A DNA stretch of 64,000 nucleotides from contig CATNEN010000038.1 of assembly GCA_950097015.1 (NCBI GenBank), forward strand, positions 12,400,001 through 12,464,000, given 5' to 3'. This stretch comes from Macrostomum hystrix. Taxonomy: Eukaryota; Animalia; Platyhelminthes. Below are positions 59,287-64,000 of the stretch, piece after piece; position 1 is the first letter of the stretch; each line of letters starts with the position of its first letter. The notes beneath the pieces were generated by a model. It was not told the DNA's origin. It saw only the letters and a list, made by a program, of their open reading frames with translations, and made no database searches. The position numbers and the translations under genes are program-made.

Positions 59287-62200
59287 TCAGACGCAACCGT
59301 TGGCATAGGCCTGCAGCAGCTGATTGTTTGCCGGATCGGCGAACTCCGGGTACAAGCTCACCGACTGGAAGGACCTGCTTTCGTATTTCTTGCGGACAGC
59401 GGTAAACCTGCGGTCCAATATGAGCATGTTGAAAATTAGCTTATTATTTGTGCACTTTTTTTTAATTTGCATTACCCTCATAATGACAATTTGCATGAAT
59501 CCCACAGTGACCGATTGTATGACCATCAAAGCATGACTGATTGAAGGACCAATCATCCAAGCATGACTCTTGTATGACCTCCACAGTGACCGATTTATTG
59601 ACGGTCATAGTGAATGTTTAATATGGTATTCGAGTGATTTTTGTGCGAAATTTTGATAGTTTTTGTCTGAATATGGTCGAGTAACGAACAACACTACACC
59701 GTGAGAGTCAGACAGAATCAGTCTAGCCTAAAGCGATGCTAAGTCAAGCGAAACGAAGACAAAAAATCACCTATTCCGGTCCGAGTAGGTGGCAGTCACT
59801 GTCTTGGCCAGCAGCTGGAGGGCCGGCAGCAGGTCGGTCTTCAAATAGCCGGAGAAGACTTCCAGCTCTGGCTGCCAGCAGGTCGGTCTGGCGAGGAATC
59901 TGCCGCCGCTAGCCAGCAGCTCGGCGGCTAGGCAGAACGCGGATGCCGCCAGCATGGAGGGCGGCAGATGGGCCAAATCGTAGGAGCAGCGGCCCAGCTC
60001 GGCCAGGTACTTTGCAGAGTCGTGCACCTCAGCTGTGGCGCCGGAGACTCGGCTGTAACGGCGCAGGAACAGAATCGGCTGCGGATAGCCGAAGAAGAAA
60101 TCCATGCCAGCCAGAAGCTTGCGCTCCATGCCGCGGATCTGCGAGCCTGCGGGGCGAATGGCAAGATAGCAGAGTTCGAGCTGCTGGATGAAACAGTCTC
60201 AGACCCCTTCACTCACCTGACAGAAGTGTCTGAGCACACCACTGACCTGACAGAAGTGTCTGAACACACCACTTACATGAAGAACCTGATAGAAGTGTCT
60301 GACCACACCACTGACCTGACAGAGGTGTCTGAACACACCACTGACCTGACAGGTGTCTGAACACACCACTGACCTGACAGGTGTCTGAACACACCACTGA
60401 CCTGAAAGAGGTGTCTGAACACAGCACTGACCTGACAGAAGTGTCTGACCACACCACTAACCTGACAGAAGTGTCTGACCACACCAATTACCTGACAGAA
60501 GTGTCTGACCACACCACTAACCTGACAGAAGTTTCTGACCACACCAATTACCTGACAGAAGTGTCTGAACACACCACTTACATGAAGAACCTGATAGAAG
60601 TGTCTGACCACACCACTGACCTGACAGAGGTGTCTGAACACACCACTGACCTGACAGAGGTGTCTGAACACACCACTGACCTGACAGAGGTGTCTGAACA
60701 CACCACTGACCTGACAGAAGTGTCTGACCACTCCACTAACTTGACAGAAGTGTCTGACCACTCCACTAACTTGACAGAAGTGTCTGACCCCATCACTCCT
60801 TTGAAAAGGGTCAGACCTCATTGACATAAAAATAGAAATTTTCAGCGCTACATACTTGAACAGGTGTTCTCAGTGAGGCCAACCAGATCCTGAATATAGG
60901 GCGGATAAATCTCTTCCACCTTGGCGGCTAGGAACAGGCAGGATACGCCAAGCAGCTGGTAGTTGTCCTTAGCAACGCTGCGACCCTGCACAGTCATGTA
61001 GTAGTCGATCATATGCAGCGCGAGGTAAAGGGTCTCGGGCAGTAGGCCAAACCTGTGATGCACCTGTAATCGATGCCGCATACAGGTAAGTGTAAGAGTT
61101 AGAGTTAAGTTAGAGTAAGTTTGGCATGACAAGCAAATTATAGGGTTGGCTCACCTGAACGAGCCAATCGAACAGAATCCGGTGCATTCTAGGTGTTATG
61201 TCCAGCTTAGCTGGCTGGCACAGATAATCCCTACGGATTTGCTGAGTAGTCTCTAGCGATTGCAGGTAGGAGAAGATCTCCTTGGCATAGTAGGACACGA
61301 GCTGGGCGTCGCGACTGTTTGGATCGGTTGTGTCCACGTCAACAATCTGTGAGGCACAGTTTCAAATAGGAATTTGTTGCTTACTATTAGCACGTTACGC
61401 ATACTAATGCCGAACAAGACCAATTCAATATTTCGGCAAAAAATAACGAACATTTTCAAATTTGACAAGTAGCGCCTCATGATGATCAACTGCAATTGTT
61501 TGCTGCTGAACCTGCTGCGGTTCCTCGTCAATCTCCATGCCCTGCAGCTCCGGCTCGGGGGCATGCTGGCGAGACTCGGGCTCCTTCTTAGCCTGCTGCT
61601 GCAGCGGTGGTCTATGGTGAATCTCAGCTAGGGGATTGCGCTTTGCAGCCAGGACGCCAGAGGTGGCCGCATGCTGCTTGTGCTGTGGAAGCTGCTGGCT
61701 TAGGGCATTCTCGTTGCGAACTCCAACTGTCAAAAATGGCATTGTGGTCCATTACAATTGTGGTATATACTAAGCGAGTTAAACAAAAAAGTTTTTTTAG
61801 ATCTAAATAGTCTGTTAAAAAGACAGTATTGAATAAATATAAACTAAACTATCACTTAATAATAACCAACTATAAGCAACCCTAGTTACCAATAACTAGT
61901 TGAGCTGCTTAACCCCAGGACTGTTGGAAACTATCTGCCATTCCACTGATGCTATTGAGTGCACCTATAGGATTTTTAAGGAGCACATTATTTTATTTTC
62001 TGCCTTAAAAGTAGTGGTGCTTGGGGTTTGGGGTCTGGTAGGGTTTTGGGTCAGGTTTAGATACTGGGTTAAGGTTTTTAGGGTTCTTATATTTTTTCGA
62101 GTTGAAATTAAATTAAGAGTTTGAGCATAAAATGCATTTAGCTAATTGGCAGCTGCCATTCAATCTAATCCTAGTTTCCAAGCAAGCCTTCTACAGTGTG

Positions 62201-63813
62201 GGTCAAACATATATATACTATATAAAAATATAAGAGATATACTATATACCCAGATTTTCTTTTGCATCATAGTTTTGTTTAGTAAAAACATAGTTGCATA
62301 CTTAATATTCCTTTAATATATTTTATTGCTAAAATTAGTATATTCATTAAATTATTGTTTCTACCTCTTTGCCTTTTTATCTTAATCAAATTAATTATAA
62401 TACAAAATCTATGTATTTTACCATTTAAAATAATGAAGTAAGCCTAAAAATCTTTAAAAGCTGAAGATTGTGACAAGAAATCTGAATATGCTAGGTTGAG
62501 TCTTTTTGCCAGAATAAATGTTTTTACTGTGAGTAAACACATGAAAACCATTATTTTTTCCTTGTAATGTTATCAAATTAGTAAAAAAATATTGTAGCTT
62601 TTATATTACTCTTTTACAATGTTATTGACAATATCTGAAAGCAGAAGTAGAATGTTATTATTCTGTCTAGTACATACATGCGCAACCTCCCAAATCTTAG
62701 CCGGCCTTGCGACTTAGTTTTTGCTCTCATTTGCGACTTAGTTCGTTTCATTGCTCTATTTACAGCTTAGTTTGCTCTCATTTGCTCTCTTTTTCTCTCC
62801 CCTTTTTCCTTTTCTTCACGCCTTCCTTTTTTGTCCCTTGGTCCCCCCTTTGATTTTTTTGCGTTTGGTCGATTGGTTTTTGCGACTTACCTTGCTTGGC
62901 CCTCGTTTCAGCCGGCCGGTCCGGCCGGCTCGGCCGGGTGTTGCGCTTGTATGGTCTAGTATTGTTTAGTTTCATTTTAAAGAAAGAATCACTTGTTTTT
63001 ATTACATAGTGCAAACTTTTGTAATTAAATAAAAAAAATTTTTTTTTTAATTTTAAATTTGAAACAAATACTAAATTCTAAAAAATAGAATAGTAAACTA
63101 TTTTAAAGAAATATAATACTGTCCAAAAATAACTTGTATCACTATTACTGCAAAAAATATTAATCTGTTTTACATTTATGGTATTTACCTAAAAAGACAA
63201 CAGTAACATGAGGGACTTATATATGTTAAAAAAACTAAAATGAGTTGAAAATGTTTAAAGTTGCTCAAACTTCTAAGTGAGGTGTCTTTTTATTAATATC
63301 ATATCATTTTCCTCAATAATAAAAAAGTACATATTCATTTTTTAAACCTTAGGCCTTCTAGAGACCCTATATAGAAGATGTTTAAGTCAAAGGTGAAGAA
63401 ACTCTGGATCAAGTATATTTAGCTGGTGTCTGCCAATCTGTGGTTGTAATTTTCTAGGGTTTCAACTTCTCACTGCTGGCATGCATTTACTTGTTGCTGG
63501 TGTCCATTAAGCATATTTGTTTTGGGACATTCTGGTATGCACTCAACATTATTTTCACTGTGGAAAGCACAAAATTGCAAAGTTAAAGTACATATCTAGC
63601 TAGGCTAAACTAGCTGTATAAATCTTGCTTTAAAAATTATAACCTAGGCAAAAACCTGTCATTAAAATATCATCATCAACAAAAGGCTTTCGAGACAACA
63701 AAATCAAGAGATATCAAGCCATTAGTAGCTAGCAATGCACTTAGATCTTACTAGGCTATGGATAATAGAATATAATAGAACAATGTAAATTACTTACATC
63801 GCGTTGTTCTCAT
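59287..63813 (-). CDS. CCNB: G2/mitotic-specific cyclin B, 6 exons, ~395 aa
   Basis: Exons 63813-63798 (MRTTR, less certain), 61726-61452, 61346-61155, 61063-60856, 60146-59771 and 59407-59287, with consistent phases. D-box RNPLAEI; YAKEIFSYL; MHRILFDWLVQVH; LLPETLYL; QLLGVSCLFLAAKVEEIYPP; FLRRYSR; AKYL.EL; AVRKKY. Confidence 0.92.
60217..60790. repeat. 30-bp minisatellite (ctgacagaagtgtctgaacacaccactgac)n in cyclin B intron 4
   Basis: About 19 visible units with variant blocks. Confidence 0.95.
62673..62953. mobile_element. 281-bp MITE (hAT/P-type) in cyclin B intron 1, 8-bp TSD
   Basis: Perfect TSD GTCTAGTA at 62665-62672 and 62954-62961; TIR catacatgcgcaac / gttgcgcttgtatg; internal tgcgactta motifs x3. 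Confidence 0.85.
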
Positions 63814-64000
63814 TGTGTTGCTGTGTTATAATTTTACTATCTAAAAATGTGTAATATAAATGAAGCTGGAGTGGTTTCAGCTAGAGATAGGCCGCCAGCG
63901 ATAAACGGAAAATTTAGCTACTAATCCTTGGTTTTGCAGGAGTGTGGATTTTGACGAGCAGGGTAAACGCGGCTGACCTCACTTTAAAGATAAAGCGAAT

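Noticed and set aside
60209-60827. ORFs with LTEVSEHTTD or VRHFCQVSG repeats
   Set aside because: Translations of the intronic 30-bp minisatellite.
63983-63990. TTTAAA as a CHR cell-cycle element for cyclin B
   Set aside because: Common hexamer in AT-rich DNA; transcription start unknown and the window ends here.

Overview
Eukaryotic (metazoan) genomic DNA with GT-AG spliceosomal introns, GC-rich exons, AT-rich spacers, minisatellite-filled introns and many tRNA-derived SINEs. The style suggests a free-living flatworm such as Macrostomum, but this is inference only. Hand-spliced genes in order: mitochondrial EF-G1 (GFM1, -, 7 exons, ~750 aa); an NPY/NPF-like class A GPCR with a polyQ tail (+); CFAP100 (+); a head-to-head pair of small paralogous secreted prepro-proteins (26.1-27.7 kb), one carrying a cationic (LPRIR)n repeat behind an acidic propiece; a divergent BIR-UBA-RING IAP (+); a truncated CELF/Bruno-like RRM gene (-); a 4-EF-hand calmodulin-like gene (+); a Cys-rich stanniocalcin-like secreted or GPI-type protein (-); and cyclin B (-). 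Mobile DNA includes a full-length but mutated Mag-type Ty3/Gypsy element (205-bp LTRs, 5-bp TSD), a PGBD4-like piggyBac without TTAA flanks, nested LINE fragments, several MITEs and at least three SINE families. The best candidate for an undescribed system is the divergent prepropeptide pair (possible antimicrobial or secretory-granule module). Second is intronic minisatellites whose units are AG|GT splice-site tandems (candidate recursive splicing). All coordinates, counts and alignments were done by eye; no database searches were run.
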